Shown: positions 1 through 10,029 of the stretch, in pieces
How the letters are laid out: the number at the start of each line of letters is the position of its first letter
Numbering within the stretch: position 1 is the first letter of the stretch
Source of the DNA: Candidatus Pacearchaeota archaeon
GTDB taxonomy: Archaea > Nanobdellota > Nanobdellia > Pacearchaeales > JAPDKA01
Length of the DNA: 64,000 nt
Reading direction: 5' to 3'
Assembly: GCA_038840695.1 (NCBI GenBank)
Contig: JAWBVE010000005.1
Location: 586-64,585, forward strand
Position numbers and translations under genes: made by a program
The notes under the pieces: model-generated
Seen by the model: only the letters and a program-made list of their open reading frames with translations
What the model was told of the DNA's origin: nothing
Database searches by the model: none

Positions 1-393
1 TTTTAGTGCTTGAACAAGTTCAGCTAGAGTGATTTTTCTTTCTCTAGCGAGAGGTATTCTTGGCAGAAGCTCTGAGGCATAGTCAATATTTAAGGCATTA
101 AAGGCTAGCTCTTGTTCCTTCTTTACTTTTTCTTCTTTTTTTATTAAACTGCTCAGCAAAAGTTCTGTCTTTAACTTTAAAAGTAAAGCTGCTACAAGCA
201 AGACCTTGGAGGAAATAAAAAGCCCGGCCTTATCTAATTCTTCTATCTTGCCTAGAAAGCTATTTGTTAGGGCTATTATATCAATGTCCCAGGGATTAAT
301 TTGATTGCTTTTTACAAGCTCAAGCAGTATATACTGCCAGCTTGCATCATCTTTTTCTATCAAATCACTAACTAAGCCTTCCTGGAAATTCAT
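1..393 (-). CDS. scpA: Segregation and condensation protein A (ScpA/kleisin), N-terminal 131 codons; gene continues past window start
   Basis: Not in supplied ORF track (no stop inside window). Reverse-strand ATG at 393 opens a frame that stays open to base 1: MNFQEGLVSDLIEKDDASWQYILLELVKSNQINPWDIDIIALTNSFLGKIEELDKAGLFISSKVLLVAALLLKLKTELL... The NPWDIDI...F(L) and LLxAAxLLxLK pattern matches the ScpA N-terminal domain as I recall it. Confidence 0.55.
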   Translation of the reverse strand, partial: MNFQEGLVSDLIEKDDASWQYILLELVKSNQINPWDIDIIALTNSFLGKIEELDKAGLFISSKVLLVAALLLKLKTELLLSSLIKKEEKVKKEQELAFNALNIDYASELLPRIPLARERKITLAELVQALK

Positions 394-567
394 TCTTTAC
401 TCATGTTTTTTTCTTTTAATTTTTTTCTTTTGTTTTTCCTTTTCTTTTCTATTTCTTTTTATTTCTATTTCTTTCCTATTTTTTTCCTCACTTGGTAGAA
501 ATAAGGAAACAAAAGCTTTTTAAATAGATAATCTATAAGGTTTAAATTAAAATAATAGAAAGGAAGA

Positions 568-1389
568 ATGGTGCTGAGAGATGATTTTTTGAGCAGGCTT
601 AGAGAAATCTTTGGCTTAAATCTTTATGAAGTTAAAATATGGACTGCTTTGCTCTCCAGACATGTTAGTACAGCAGGCGAGCTTAGTAATATGAGTGGTG
701 TGCCAAGAAGCAGAACTTATGATATACTAGAGAGTCTAGAAAAGAAGGGATTTGTAATAATGAAGCTTGGTAAGCCAATAAAATTCATGGCCCTAAAGCC
801 TTCAGAAGTCATAGATAGAGCAAAGAAAAATTTCATCGAAATGGCAAAAGAAAAAGGTAAAGTGTTGGATGAAATAAGGAATTCAGAGCTAATGGATCAG
901 CTTGAGGCACTTTATGCGAAGGGCACAAAGTATGTTGAGCCTCACGAGTTAAGTGGGGCACTGAGGGGAAGATATAATATAGTTAATCACATCGATTCAA
1001 TTATCGCAAAAGCACAAAAAGAGGTTGTTCTTGTGACTACTGAAAATGGCTTTGAAAGAAAAATTGATTCGCTTAAGCCTACTTTAGAGAAGATAGCAAA
1101 AAAAGGAGTTAAAATAAAGATAGGGGTACCAATAACAAAAAGCACCACAGCAAAAATAGCTAAAGAAGTAGCAAAATTTGCAGAGGTTAGAAATTTACCA
1201 ATAAATGCAAGATTTGTTATGGTTGATGGCAAGGCAATAGTGTTTATGTTGCTTGATGATGCAGAAATACATCCTAACTACGATCTTGGGGTGTGGATAA
1301 ACTCAGAGTTCTTTATAAATGCGCTGCGTAAGATGTTTGAGGAAAGTTGGAAAAACGCGCCGAGCATGTCTAAGATAAAGCTCGAGTAA
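568..1389 (+). CDS. TrmB-family transcriptional regulator
   Basis: 273-aa ORF. The N-terminal winged HTH LYEVKIWTALLSRHVSTAGELSNMSGVPRSRTYDILESLEKKGFV is a TrmB-type DNA-binding signature, followed by a ~170-aa C-terminal domain. A paralog with the same layout lies at 47883..48695. Confidence 0.75.
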   Translation: MVLRDDFLSRLREIFGLNLYEVKIWTALLSRHVSTAGELSNMSGVPRSRTYDILESLEKKGFVIMKLGKPIKFMALKPSEVIDRAKKNFIEMAKEKGKVLDEIRNSELMDQLEALYAKGTKYVEPHELSGALRGRYNIVNHIDSIIAKAQKEVVLVTTENGFERKIDSLKPTLEKIAKKGVKIKIGVPITKSTTAKIAKEVAKFAEVRNLPINARFVMVDGKAIVFMLLDDAEIHPNYDLGVWINSEFFINALRKMFEESWKNAPSMSKIKLE

Positions 1390-1663
1390 GAGAGAAAAAA
1401 AGAGGTAAAAATAGGGGTAAGAGCAGAAAGCAGGAAGAGAGGTAAAAGAAAAGAGCGAAAAGGCAGCAAGAAAAGAGCGAAAAGCAAAAAGCGAAAAGCA
1501 AAAGAAGTAAGAGGCATAGCTTATAAAAGCAGGATTTGTTGGGGGGAAGTTTGTTGAGAGAAGTTTATCAAAGAGATAGCTTATTTTGTTGATTTTTTGT
1601 CCAGTTTTGTGTTTATGCATTTGCGCTTAGCAGAACATGCATGCGTAGGCGCACGCAGGCACA

Positions 1664-3037
1664 TTAAGCAATTAAAAAATTAGAACAGGCTGCTTTTATT
1701 TTTAATTTGTAAAAATTACCAGGTCGGAAGTTAGTATCTGTTGTGTCCGTTGTATCAGTTTTGGTTGTATCAGTTTTGATTGCTACTAGCCTGTAATTTT
1801 GATCTCTTGCAAGATAACTTCCTGGATAGCCCTTTTGCTCAATCAACACTTCTAGCTCTTTTCCTATAAAAGCACTATTTCTCTCGAGAGCAATTTTTCT
1901 ATGCAAAGTATGAAGCAACTTTGAGCGAGATTTTGCATTTTCAAATAGCTCCTTTAATTGTTCCTTACTTAGCTTTTGTATTTTCTTATAGGCTTGAGTG
2001 CCTGGCATCGGCCAAAATCGACTTATGTGTAGCACATCTGGTCTAGCCTTTTTTATCACTTCTAACGTTTCATTGAATGCTTGCTCTGTCTCATTATAGA
2101 AGCCTGTTATAATATCGGTTGCTATAACGCCATTAGGAAATCTTTTTCTAAATTCGAGCACAAGCTCTAACCAATCATCAACACTATAACCTCTTGCCAT
2201 CTCAGCAAGTACTTCATTACTTCCCGATTGAAGCGGAATATGTAGGAACTTAAATAGCTTCTCATCATTATAGCAATCAAAGAGCTCGTCTGAAAATTGT
2301 TTTAAGTAAGTTGGGTTCATCATCCCAAGTCTTATCCAGAACCTGCCTTTTAATTTAAAAAGCTCTTTGAGCAAGTCAGGAAGTGCTAGTTTGCCCTTAT
2401 CAAGTCCATAGCAGCTTAAATCAGTCGCTGTAAGCCATATTTCCTTGCAACCTTCCCTTAAATCCTGACAAACATTTTTTACAATCAGCTCAATAGGATA
2501 ACTTCTTATTTGTCCTTTAACAAGCTTGGTAACACAAAAGCTGCAGTTTGAGGCACAACCTATTCCTATTTGACTTATGCCAATAATTTTGTTGAGCCTT
2601 CTTTTTGGCACCATCAGCTTTGGTGCTAGAGAGCCTGTTTCATTCTCTACTGTCTCTTTTCCTTCGAGAAGTTTAGATATTATTTGCTTTATATTAAGTA
2701 AGGCTGAATTTGTGTTGATTATGCTAACATAGCGCTTTCCATGAGCTTGCTCTATTTTTTGCTTTATTTGCCTAATCCGATCAGCAAAAAGGCTCATGCA
2801 ACCAGCAACAATGAGCTTTTGATTTACTTTTAGAATATCAGCTATCCTTCTTTCCATCCTTTTTACTGTTGGCCCCTTAACTATGCATGTATTAATTATT
2901 GCAATATCAGCTTGCTTTGTTGCATCTCCAATAATTACATTGCAGCCAGCTTTCTCGAGAGCACCGACGAGAAGCTCTAAGTCATTTTGATTGGCAGAAC
3001 AGCCATAGCCTTCAACAACTATATTTATTGTACTCAT
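1664..3037 (-). CDS. Radical-SAM tRNA methylthiotransferase (MiaB/MtaB/CDKAL1-like)
   Basis: 457-aa ORF. N-terminal MTTase domain (VEGYGCSANQNDLE), radical-SAM cluster motif CASNCSFC (CxxxCxxC), and a C-terminal TRAM-like region. An in-frame 15-nt tandem duplication near the C-terminus yields TDTTKTDTTDTTDTN. Confidence 0.8.
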   Translation of the reverse strand: MSTINIVVEGYGCSANQNDLELLVGALEKAGCNVIIGDATKQADIAIINTCIVKGPTVKRMERRIADILKVNQKLIVAGCMSLFADRIRQIKQKIEQAHGKRYVSIINTNSALLNIKQIISKLLEGKETVENETGSLAPKLMVPKRRLNKIIGISQIGIGCASNCSFCVTKLVKGQIRSYPIELIVKNVCQDLREGCKEIWLTATDLSCYGLDKGKLALPDLLKELFKLKGRFWIRLGMMNPTYLKQFSDELFDCYNDEKLFKFLHIPLQSGSNEVLAEMARGYSVDDWLELVLEFRKRFPNGVIATDIITGFYNETEQAFNETLEVIKKARPDVLHISRFWPMPGTQAYKKIQKLSKEQLKELFENAKSRSKLLHTLHRKIALERNSAFIGKELEVLIEQKGYPGSYLARDQNYRLVAIKTDTTKTDTTDTTDTNFRPGNFYKLKIKAACSNFLIA

Positions 3038-3057
3038 TTTTAACTCTATCTTAATTT

Positions 3058-3516
3058 TTATTCACTCTTGTCTTCAATTGCATCGATTGTTCTTGCATAT
3101 TCTAAAATTCTCTCACTTATGCTTTTCAATTTTATAGAAAAAATTCGAGAAGTAATGTTTGTTAGACTATCAAATTCAGAAAGTCGATAGCTATTTTTTA
3201 TCTTTTCAACAATCATTAAATCTCTTAGCCTTTTTAGTTGGCGCCTTATATTTGGTTCTGATATGCCCTTACATTCAAGCCCATAGCTTTTTCTTATTTG
3301 CTCCACAAGCTTTGCAAGTTCAATGCTTTCCAGAGTCTTTCTTTGCTTTTTTGCATCGAGCAAAGCAAGCAAGATGTCAACTATTATGTCTCGACTATCT
3401 CCTTCCTGGAGTAAGCCAAGACTTAGGCAGTATTTTCTAATCATTTCTCGTCTGTCAGCCTTGCTTGGCATTTCATATTTTCTTAATGTTAGTCCATCTA
3501 GCGCTATGTCTTTCAT
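3058..3516 (-). CDS. Hypothetical protein, possible winged-helix DNA-binding protein
   Basis: 152-aa ORF with a clean start and stop and no catalytic motif. The C-terminal half (ISEPNIRRQLKRLRDLMIVEKIKNSYRLSEF) looks like a recognition helix plus wing. Pattern-level call only. Confidence 0.35.
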   Translation of the reverse strand: MKDIALDGLTLRKYEMPSKADRREMIRKYCLSLGLLQEGDSRDIIVDILLALLDAKKQRKTLESIELAKLVEQIRKSYGLECKGISEPNIRRQLKRLRDLMIVEKIKNSYRLSEFDSLTNITSRIFSIKLKSISERILEYARTIDAIEDKSE

Positions 3517-3660
3517 AAATTGCTATGCTTATTCATTTTAAAATTTTGATGCTAAAATAAGTAAAAGTAAAAGAAGCAAAAGTAAAAGCAAAAATAGGCA
3601 AAAGTAAAAAGCAAATAAATTTAAAACCTAAATGCTTTAAAAAAGCAATAAGCAAGCAAA

Positions 3661-4023
3661 ATGACGCAAAAAGGAAAGGTGTGGGGCCAACTCCTTTCTC
3701 TCGATCTGAGAGGATGTGATGTGGCTTTACTAAAAAGCAAAAAAGCAATTGAGCTTTTTTGTGTTAAGCTATGTAAGGAGATTGGTATGAAGAGAGTTGG
3801 AAAACCAATTATAAAGAGGTTTGGGGAGGGCAGGCTAGAGGGCTATTCTGCTGTTCAATTTATTGTCACTTCTTCCATAACAATTCATGCCGATGAATAT
3901 GGCTCAAGAGCATTTATTGATATTTTCAGCTGTAAGCCCTTTAATGCAAAGAAAGCAACCAGCTTTTGCAAAGCCTTTTTTAAAGCAAAAAGGCTCAGCT
4001 CGAGGAACTTTTATAGATTTTAA
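3661..4023 (+). CDS. speH: S-adenosylmethionine decarboxylase proenzyme-like (pyruvoyl, SpeH/SpeD small type)
   Basis: 120-aa ORF. GQLLSLDLRGCD ... GYSAVQFIVTSSITIHADEYGSRAFIDIFSCK follows the small prokaryotic AdoMetDC layout. It has an N-terminal ..L.D..GC motif, an internal Ser-containing self-cleavage strand (canonical ESH(I/L)..HT, here TSSITIHA), and a (V/I)D(V/I)F(S/T)C motif near the C-terminus. Confidence 0.55.
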   Translation: MTQKGKVWGQLLSLDLRGCDVALLKSKKAIELFCVKLCKEIGMKRVGKPIIKRFGEGRLEGYSAVQFIVTSSITIHADEYGSRAFIDIFSCKPFNAKKATSFCKAFFKAKRLSSRNFYRF

Positions 4024-4030
4024 GTTAAGC

Positions 4031-5203
4031 CTAAGTGATAAATCGTTCCAGCCTTTTTAGTGCATCAAGCTTATCTCTTTTGCCAAGCTCAGCATTTTTT
4101 ATCGCATCACTTAGCATTACTATGCTTTTTTCATATCGCAGCTTGTTTACAGGATAAGGAACACCATCCTTGCCACCGTGAGCAAAGCTATAGCTTGCAG
4201 GATCTTCCCAACTCGGCTCTTTACCATAAATTAGTGAACTTATCAAGGCTAAAGCTCTTAAATTTGCCTTTCCCATTCCTTCTATGCCTAACAAAGCCTC
4301 AAAACTTGATGGCTCTTGCTCATAGGCCTTTTTGAATGCTCTATAGTTAATTCTCTTTGGCATGGAAAAGATTTCATGCTCACTTTGCATAATCAGCCTC
4401 TTTATTTTCTCTTTGTCTTCTTTTTGAATTATTTCTTTCTCTGTTGGCTCTTGCTTTAGCCATTTTTGTAATGTGAGCTGAGCTGATGGAAGCTTTAGCT
4501 GTTCAACCAGCCTTCTTATTCTCGATGGATTTTCTTTTGCCAAATCAAGAATCTCCTTTCTTGAATCATGACTTTTTTTGCTCGAAAGATCAATAACTCG
4601 AGCAAGTCTAAAGGCAGTTATTATACCAGAGTGGCTGTCATTAAAAAAACCTTGCTCATCAATCTTCTCAGAAAGCCAGTGATAACGTCGGGCATACTTG
4701 CTAAAAATGTTCATGCCTTGTTGCACAACAGCATATCTTGCCTTATCATCAAAAATGAGCACATGATGATAAAGCTCATAGCTATCTTGGAGCACTGCAT
4801 TGTCTATTTTTGCAATAAGCTTGCTACTTGCAACTAGTTTATTTACTTTCCATTCAGGCATATTTAGGCTTTGGCAATAGTTTTTAATATGTTGTGGCGT
4901 TTTCTTGCTTGTTTTGCCTTTGCCCCCAGCAACATATAGCCCTATTTCAGCTTTCCTAAATGCATCACGTAGTGAGGCAGTGAGAGTTGTAGTTAGACCA
5001 CTTGAATGCCAATCAAAGCCAAGCACACAGCCAAGTGCCTGAAACCAGAAAGGATTGCTAAGTCTCTTTAAGATTTCACTTTCGCCATATTCATAAGCAA
5101 TGATCTTGCTTATTGCACTTGCTAACTCAACCATTTTTGCATAAAGCCAAGCAGGCATTTTGCCATAGTGCAAAGGAAGCTCAGCAATTCCTTTTAGTGC
5201 CAT
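4031..5203 (-). CDS. DUF763-family protein
   Basis: LPLHYGKMPAWLYAKMVELA...LSNPFWFQALGCVLGFDWHSSGLTTT matches my recollection of the conserved DUF763 N-terminal block. I moved the start from track position 5251 to the second Met (5203) because the first 16 codons overlap tRNA-Asp. Confidence 0.6.
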   Translation of the reverse strand: MALKGIAELPLHYGKMPAWLYAKMVELASAISKIIAYEYGESEILKRLSNPFWFQALGCVLGFDWHSSGLTTTLTASLRDAFRKAEIGLYVAGGKGKTSKKTPQHIKNYCQSLNMPEWKVNKLVASSKLIAKIDNAVLQDSYELYHHVLIFDDKARYAVVQQGMNIFSKYARRYHWLSEKIDEQGFFNDSHSGIITAFRLARVIDLSSKKSHDSRKEILDLAKENPSRIRRLVEQLKLPSAQLTLQKWLKQEPTEKEIIQKEDKEKIKRLIMQSEHEIFSMPKRINYRAFKKAYEQEPSSFEALLGIEGMGKANLRALALISSLIYGKEPSWEDPASYSFAHGGKDGVPYPVNKLRYEKSIVMLSDAIKNAELGKRDKLDALKRLERFIT

Positions 5204-5221
5204 TTTAAAAAAAGTGCAAAG

Positions 5222-5293
5222 CGCCCCGGCCGAGATTTGAACCCGGGCCACAAGCTCGACAGGCTTGTATGCTAACCACTACACCACCGGGGC
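5222..5293 (-). tRNA. tRNA-Asp (anticodon GTC)
   Basis: Reverse complement GCCCCGGTGGTGTAGTGGTTAGCATACAAGCCTGTCGAGCTTGTGGCCCGGGTTCAAATCTCGGCCGGGGCG folds by hand. Acceptor stem is GCCCCGG/CCGGGGC and the anticodon stem is CAAGC/GCTTG with loop CTGTCGA. The T-loop is TTCAAAT. No intron and no encoded CCA. Confidence 0.92.
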
Positions 5294-5389
5294 ATAAAAT
5301 AAAGAAGAATTTTTGATTTTAAAACTTTTTTAATTAACTTTTTCACTTTTCGAAAAATTTTTATATTGCTTCAGTTTTTGATTACGAAA

Positions 5390-6199
5390 ATGGCAAAAGT
5401 GAGTAAGGTTGTCGGAGGAATTTTGCTTCTTTCGTCTCTTACATGGCCAAGCCTGCTTAGAGCAGATTTTGATACAACTTTCAGCTATCAAGGCAAGCGC
5501 TATTTCCTTCAGAAAAGAGGACAAAGTTGTAATCTAATCCAGATTGAGCGCTCAAATGTGCCATCGAATGCGCCATCAAAGGAGCAAGCTCAGCAAGTTC
5601 AGCCTCTCGAAGAAATTGTGCTTGCAGGCCTTTCTCACTTTTATACAACCATGCTAACTGAAGAGATGCGAGAAGTGGAGAGCAAAAAATGGAGTTTTTA
5701 TGAGAGAGCAAAGATCAATATTGCTTTAGAGCATTTATTGAGTGCTCCGCTTCCATATGTTAATGTGGGCTCTTTATTGAGTGCAGGAATTGCCGATTTT
5801 ATAAGAAATATTGCAACAATAGTTAATACTGTTGGCAGGCCTTTTTATGAAATAGCTGCTGATCCGAGAATAGCTGCAGCAAGACTTTTTGAGCCCTATT
5901 ACAATGCAACAAAGCAATTTTTGCAGAGCCACCATTATGATGCAAGAGCTACATATGAAGAAGTGAAAAAGCTCTATCCTCTTTTCTGGCCTTTGTGGGA
6001 GGTAGTTGAATGCATTTTTAATCGCAATATAGGACCTTATCCTGATCTTGTTGATGGCTTATTAAAAGAGAAAATTACTCCTAATGAGGCAGGTAGAATA
6101 CTAGGAGAGAGAATAAGGGCTGAATGCTCGAATCAATTTAATGAAATTGAAAGAAGGACAAGAGAAATGGAAATGTGTACGAGCATAAATTTAAGGTAA
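5390..6199 (+). CDS. Hypothetical secreted protein (N-terminal signal peptide)
   Basis: The track ORF starts at a TTG (5366). The ATG at 5390 gives MAKVSKVVGGILLLSSLTWPSLLRADF, a plausible signal peptide, and lies ~30 nt downstream of a TATA-like aaaaatttttatatt (5353-5367). No recognisable domain. Confidence 0.5.
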   Translation: MAKVSKVVGGILLLSSLTWPSLLRADFDTTFSYQGKRYFLQKRGQSCNLIQIERSNVPSNAPSKEQAQQVQPLEEIVLAGLSHFYTTMLTEEMREVESKKWSFYERAKINIALEHLLSAPLPYVNVGSLLSAGIADFIRNIATIVNTVGRPFYEIAADPRIAAARLFEPYYNATKQFLQSHHYDARATYEEVKKLYPLFWPLWEVVECIFNRNIGPYPDLVDGLLKEKITPNEAGRILGERIRAECSNQFNEIERRTREMEMCTSINLR

Positions 6200-6235
6200 A
6201 ACAAAAATTGGAACAAAAATTGGAACAAAAATTAG
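6200..6235. repeat. 12-nt x3 tandem repeat immediately after a stop codon
   Basis: aacaaaaattgg at 6200-6211 and 6212-6223, plus aacaaaaattag at 6224-6235. It starts one base after the TAA at 6197-6199. Confidence 0.95.
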
Positions 6236-6314
6236 CCAACATTCACTTTGCCCTTCTTCTCTTACCCTCTGCTCTGCTTACTCTTCCCTCAAGTCGATTC
6301 GTCGAACGCGCTTT

Positions 6315-7952
6315 TTAATCAACCTCTTCTGGCATGCTACTTCCTTTGCTTGCACTGCTTGCTGTTCCTGTTCCCTTGCTCGCAATTACGTCATCTATTC
6401 TGAGCAGCATCATCGTAACTTCAGTGGCTGATTTTAAGGCCTGTGTTTTTATTTTTGTTGGCTCGACGATTCCAGCTTTTAATGCATCAACTATATAGCC
6501 TTCCTCTTTTCTTAAGTCAAGGCCAATATTTGGATTTTTTTCATGTCTTGCTTTTAACTCAGTTAGCACATCAATTGGATCAAGGCCTGCATTCTCTGCA
6601 AGAGTTCTTGGTATTACTTCAAGTGCATCGGCAAATGCTTCTATGGCTAGTTGCTCTCTTCCCTTAAACTTGCTTGCATATTCTCTAAGTCTCTTTGCAA
6701 GCTCTATTTCAACAGCCCCGCCACCCGGCACCACAGAACCTTCATTGAGTGCAGAGGCAATATCGCCTAAGCCATCTTTAATTGCTCTCTCAATCTCACT
6801 CGTGACATGTTCGGTGCCACCCCTAATCACAATTGTCAAAGCCTTAGGATTTTTACAGCCCGTAATATAAATAAAAGTCTCATTACCTTCCTTAACTTCC
6901 CTGACCTCTTGAGCAAAGCCTAGTTCAGCCTCACTAAGCTCCTTAATATTACTTACTATCTTTGCACCTGTTGCCTTAGCCAATTTATCCATATCACTCT
7001 TTTTTATCCTTCTCACAGCAAGAATGCCTGCTTTGGCCAAATAATACTGCGCCATATCATCAATTCCTTTTTGGCATAGCACAACATTAGCTTTGGTAGC
7101 CTTAATTCTTTCTACCATATCTTTGAGCATTGCTTCTTCCTGATCTAAAAATGCTTGAAGCTGTTCTGGGCTTGAGATTTGGATTTTTGTATCTGTTTCA
7201 GGAGCCTTAATCTCGAGAGCAGCATCGATTAATGCTATTCGAGCATTTTTAATATAACTTGGCATTGCCTCATGAACCTTTTCTTTATCAAGTAAAATGC
7301 CCCTAATTAACTCGCTATCTTCTATACCCTTTCCCTTTCTTTTTTCAAGCTTTATGTTATCAAGATCAATTATAAGCTTCTTATCTTTATACTCTGCAAC
7401 TTGCAATATAGCTTCTACAGCAAGCTCGGCAAGCTTTTCTTTTGCTATCTCAGCCCCTTTTCCAGTCATCGCAGTCATTGCTATTCTCTTTAGCAATTCT
7501 CTATCTTTCTCGCTTATTTTTATGCTAAGCTCCTTTAGTATTTCTGAAGCTTTTTCCTGTGCCTTTTGATAGCCCCTTACAATTACAGAAGGATGTATCT
7601 TTTCATCAAGTAGCTTTTCAGCATTCTCAAGCAGCTTGCCAGCAAGCACTACAGCAGTAGTTGTACCATCTCCAACCTCTGCCTCTTGCGTTTTTGCTAT
7701 TTCAACAACCATTTTTGCCGCAGGATGCTCAACATGCATTTCTTCAAGAATTGTTACGCCATCATTTGTAACTGTAACATCTCCTAAGCTATCAACGAGC
7801 ATTTTGTCCATACCCTTTGGCCCTAGAGTAGATTTAACCATATCTGCCACTATCCGAGCAGCAGCTATGTTATTGCGTTGTGCATCTCTGCCGATAAGCC
7901 GATAAACATTCTCTGGCAGCACATAAATTGGTTGTCTCTCAGTCTCCACCAT
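6315..7952 (-). CDS. ths: Thermosome subunit (group II chaperonin, Cpn60/TCP-1 family)
   Basis: 545-aa ORF with hallmark motifs [22 protein letters not shown] and VPGGGAVE, and a Gly/Ser/Met-rich C-terminal tail. Confidence 0.95.
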   Translation of the reverse strand: MVETERQPIYVLPENVYRLIGRDAQRNNIAAARIVADMVKSTLGPKGMDKMLVDSLGDVTVTNDGVTILEEMHVEHPAAKMVVEIAKTQEAEVGDGTTTAVVLAGKLLENAEKLLDEKIHPSVIVRGYQKAQEKASEILKELSIKISEKDRELLKRIAMTAMTGKGAEIAKEKLAELAVEAILQVAEYKDKKLIIDLDNIKLEKRKGKGIEDSELIRGILLDKEKVHEAMPSYIKNARIALIDAALEIKAPETDTKIQISSPEQLQAFLDQEEAMLKDMVERIKATKANVVLCQKGIDDMAQYYLAKAGILAVRRIKKSDMDKLAKATGAKIVSNIKELSEAELGFAQEVREVKEGNETFIYITGCKNPKALTIVIRGGTEHVTSEIERAIKDGLGDIASALNEGSVVPGGGAVEIELAKRLREYASKFKGREQLAIEAFADALEVIPRTLAENAGLDPIDVLTELKARHEKNPNIGLDLRKEEGYIVDALKAGIVEPTKIKTQALKSATEVTMMLLRIDDVIASKGTGTASSASKGSSMPEEVD

Positions 7953-8124
7953 TTTAAAAAATTTATCAAATTTATTTCAGTGCAAAATTCTTAGTGCGCT
8001 ATTCTTTTCTTGCTATTCTTTTATTTCTTTTAACTCTTTAAAAATTTTACGTTTAACCAGTAAGGAAGAAATGTTATAGGCAAGTGGTAAACAAACTTTT
8101 AAAAAGGAAAAGGCTAGTTACTTT

Positions 8125-8607
8125 ATGAAAACAAACATAAAGGTAGGCGACATAATGACGAGAAATTTTGTTGCATGTAGCCCAGAAACGAGTGTTGTGG
8201 AGGCAGCAAAGATGATGGTCAAGGCAAAGACAGGATCGATAGTTGTGCGAACAGGCGACAAACTAGAAGGAATTCTGACAGAACGGGATATTTTACATCT
8301 TGTGGCAGAAAGGCCTTCTTCTTTAGAAGGATTAAAAGTTAAGGATGTTATGACAAAAAGGGTTGTAACAATAAGCCCATCTAAAGATATCTATGATGCA
8401 ATCTTGCAGATGAAAAAAAAGTATAAGAGAAGACTTCCTGTCGTTGAAAATAAGAGGCTTGTTGGTATTATAACAGTAAGGGACATAATAAAGATATTTC
8501 CATCACTATTTGATGTTTGGGCAGAAGCGATAAGAGTTAAGGAGGAAAGTGAAAAGTTAAAGAGAATTGGAAGAGAGGAAGAATATTATGAGCGTTATTT
8601 GAAATGA
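8125..8607 (+). CDS. CBS-domain pair protein
   Basis: 160-aa ORF with two CBS-like repeats (VGDIMTRNFVACSPETSVVEAAKMM...GILTERDIL and VKDVMTKRVVTISPSKDIYDAILQM...LPVVENKRLVGIITVRDII). Confidence 0.8.
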   Translation: MKTNIKVGDIMTRNFVACSPETSVVEAAKMMVKAKTGSIVVRTGDKLEGILTERDILHLVAERPSSLEGLKVKDVMTKRVVTISPSKDIYDAILQMKKKYKRRLPVVENKRLVGIITVRDIIKIFPSLFDVWAEAIRVKEESEKLKRIGREEEYYERYLK

Positions 8608-8641
8608 GCTCTGACAAGAGCCCTCTCAAGCTTGCTCTCTC

Positions 8642-8691
8642 GAGCTTTTTTGATGGAGCTTTTTTGATGCTTGCTTGATGCTTGCTTGAAG
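8642..8691. repeat. Two adjacent tandem micro-duplications (14 nt x2, 11 nt x2) in a convergent spacer
   Basis: gagcttttttgatg at 8642-8655 and 8656-8669. cttgcttgatg at 8670-8680 and cttgcttgaag at 8681-8691. Confidence 0.95.
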
Positions 8692-8724
8692 TTCGCTTGA
8701 GTGTATGCAAGTGATGCAAAGCAT

Positions 8725-10029
8725 TTAAGTGATGCTAAGGTTAAGCCTTCTTATTTTATAGCTCTCGTGTTGTGCAATTTTTTTAATTTCTTTGTTTATG
8801 GACTTAGGCTTTTGCTTTGCATAAATAAATTTGCCCTTCACAAAAGTGCTTTTATGTGCTTCTTTAAATCTAATGACAGCCTCTTTGAGGCTAAGTGGGG
8901 GGCCTCTTATGTTGAGCAACTTCAGCTCTTTGAGCATAAAAAAAATCTTAGCAGAATTTTTAGTTTCATCAAACTCAAAGCCAGAGTCAATAAGCAAGGA
9001 ATTTTTTTCGACGAGCCTCTTAATCTCTTTATAAAATTTGAGTGCTTTTGCTCCTGCTACATCAGCCTTTGCCTTCATGCTTGCCTCTATCCAAATAAGC
9101 CTTGCTTTTTTTTGCCTTGCCTTCCTTGTCAGTTTTTCTCTATCGAGAGACTTTTTTTCAAAGAAAGCCAAGCTTGGCTTTTTCAAAAAAGCTTCACAGC
9201 TATTAATGAATTTATTAAAGCATTCATTACTCAAAGCCGCAAGAGCATTTCTGCTTGGTTGAACTGGATCAACAAGCAAAATAGGACTTAGCTTTGATGC
9301 ATTTATTTTTTTAAGTGCATCCTGCTTGCTTGCATAATGCTTTGCTATATCTATGTAGATAGGCAAAGCTACCTTTTTCCATTTTAACGCATTCCTTAGC
9401 AAATTTATAAATGAGCCATATTTTGCAATAAGAAGCTCGAGGCTATATCCACTAAATCCTCTTATATAACTCTCTGCTCCATAACAGCCAATTGAATGCA
9501 CAAAAGCTTTTAGCAGCTTTACTTCTTGCTTTTGTTTTTCACTTAAGGCTTGCTTTATAAAATTAACATGATGTGGAGAAATGTCTATGCTGTTCTTAGC
9601 CTCTGTGGGTTTTACATTTAGTGCAGGTACTATCTCAATAGCAATATTTCCAATCTTGCTCTTATAGTTGAGCACAAAGTAATCCCTCGAGCCATGCAAA
9701 ATTTGGAGCTTTTGTCGCGTAACTTTTTTGAGCAGATCATAGGAAAGCGCTGCTATATCCTTATTTTCAAACTTTTTATCAAAGATTAAGAAAATATCAA
9801 CATCAAGACGGGCCTTTTTTAGTATCGTGCCTTTAGCCAGGCTTCCGCCAACAAGAACTTTGCCATATCTAAATTTTTTTTGAATCTCTTGTCGAAACTT
9901 TTCTATTTCCCTTGCTATTAAATTCTCCTCCTCCTTGCTAAATGAAATTTTTGAATAAGCTTTTTTTAATATTTCGCCTATCTTTTTGTTGTCTATCTTC
10001 TTGTTTACGCTTTTATTCCCTTTTTTCAT
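8725..10029 (-). CDS. cca: CCA-adding enzyme (archaeal class I tRNA nucleotidyltransferase)
   Basis: 434-aa ORF. Nucleotidyltransferase motif VGGSLAKGTILKKARLDVDIFLIF (GS...G...DxD), with length and layout typical of archaeal Cca. Its start codon overlaps the stop of the upstream pilin-like gene in an ATGA junction (10026-10029). None of the four tRNA genes here encodes CCA. Confidence 0.8.
   Translation of the reverse strand: MKKGNKSVNKKIDNKKIGEILKKAYSKISFSKEEENLIAREIEKFRQEIQKKFRYGKVLVGGSLAKGTILKKARLDVDIFLIFDKKFENKDIAALSYDLLKKVTRQKLQILHGSRDYFVLNYKSKIGNIAIEIVPALNVKPTEAKNSIDISPHHVNFIKQALSEKQKQEVKLLKAFVHSIGCYGAESYIRGFSGYSLELLIAKYGSFINLLRNALKWKKVALPIYIDIAKHYASKQDALKKINASKLSPILLVDPVQPSRNALAALSNECFNKFINSCEAFLKKPSLAFFEKKSLDREKLTRKARQKKARLIWIEASMKAKADVAGAKALKFYKEIKRLVEKNSLLIDSGFEFDETKNSAKIFFMLKELKLLNIRGPPLSLKEAVIRFKEAHKSTFVKGKFIYAKQKPKSINKEIKKIAQHESYKIRRLNLSIT

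Noticed and set aside
305-523. Track ORFs with F/L/S/P-rich low-complexity products. These are 305..523, 1278..1517, 1303..1620, 3533..3748, 15449..15763, 29081..29365, 29124..29354, 38448..38639, 58603..59025, 58637..58918, 59909..60265 and 59937..60143.
   Set aside because: They are the antisense or out-of-frame reading of polypurine/polypyrimidine spacers. They have no start context and no domain, and they overlap better-supported genes or spacers.
1601-1665. A GC-rich patch (gcatttgcgcttagcagaacatgcatgcgtaggcgcacgcaggcac) between convergent genes, considered as a possible small RNA or terminator.
   Set aside because: Only a weak 5-bp stem (tgcgc/gcgca) with a long loop can be drawn, and there is no T-tract or conserved box. 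The evidence is insufficient to call a feature.
5204-5251. N-terminal 16 codons of track ORF 4031..5251.
   Set aside because: They would overlap the 3' half of tRNA-Asp (5222-5293). The second Met at 5203 gives a clean non-overlapping start directly before the conserved DUF763 block.
8701-9291. 196-aa plus-strand ORF opposite the cca gene.
   Set aside because: It is entirely antisense to a well-supported CCA-adding enzyme gene. The product is Cys/Phe/Leu-rich with no motif, and the track start is non-ATG.
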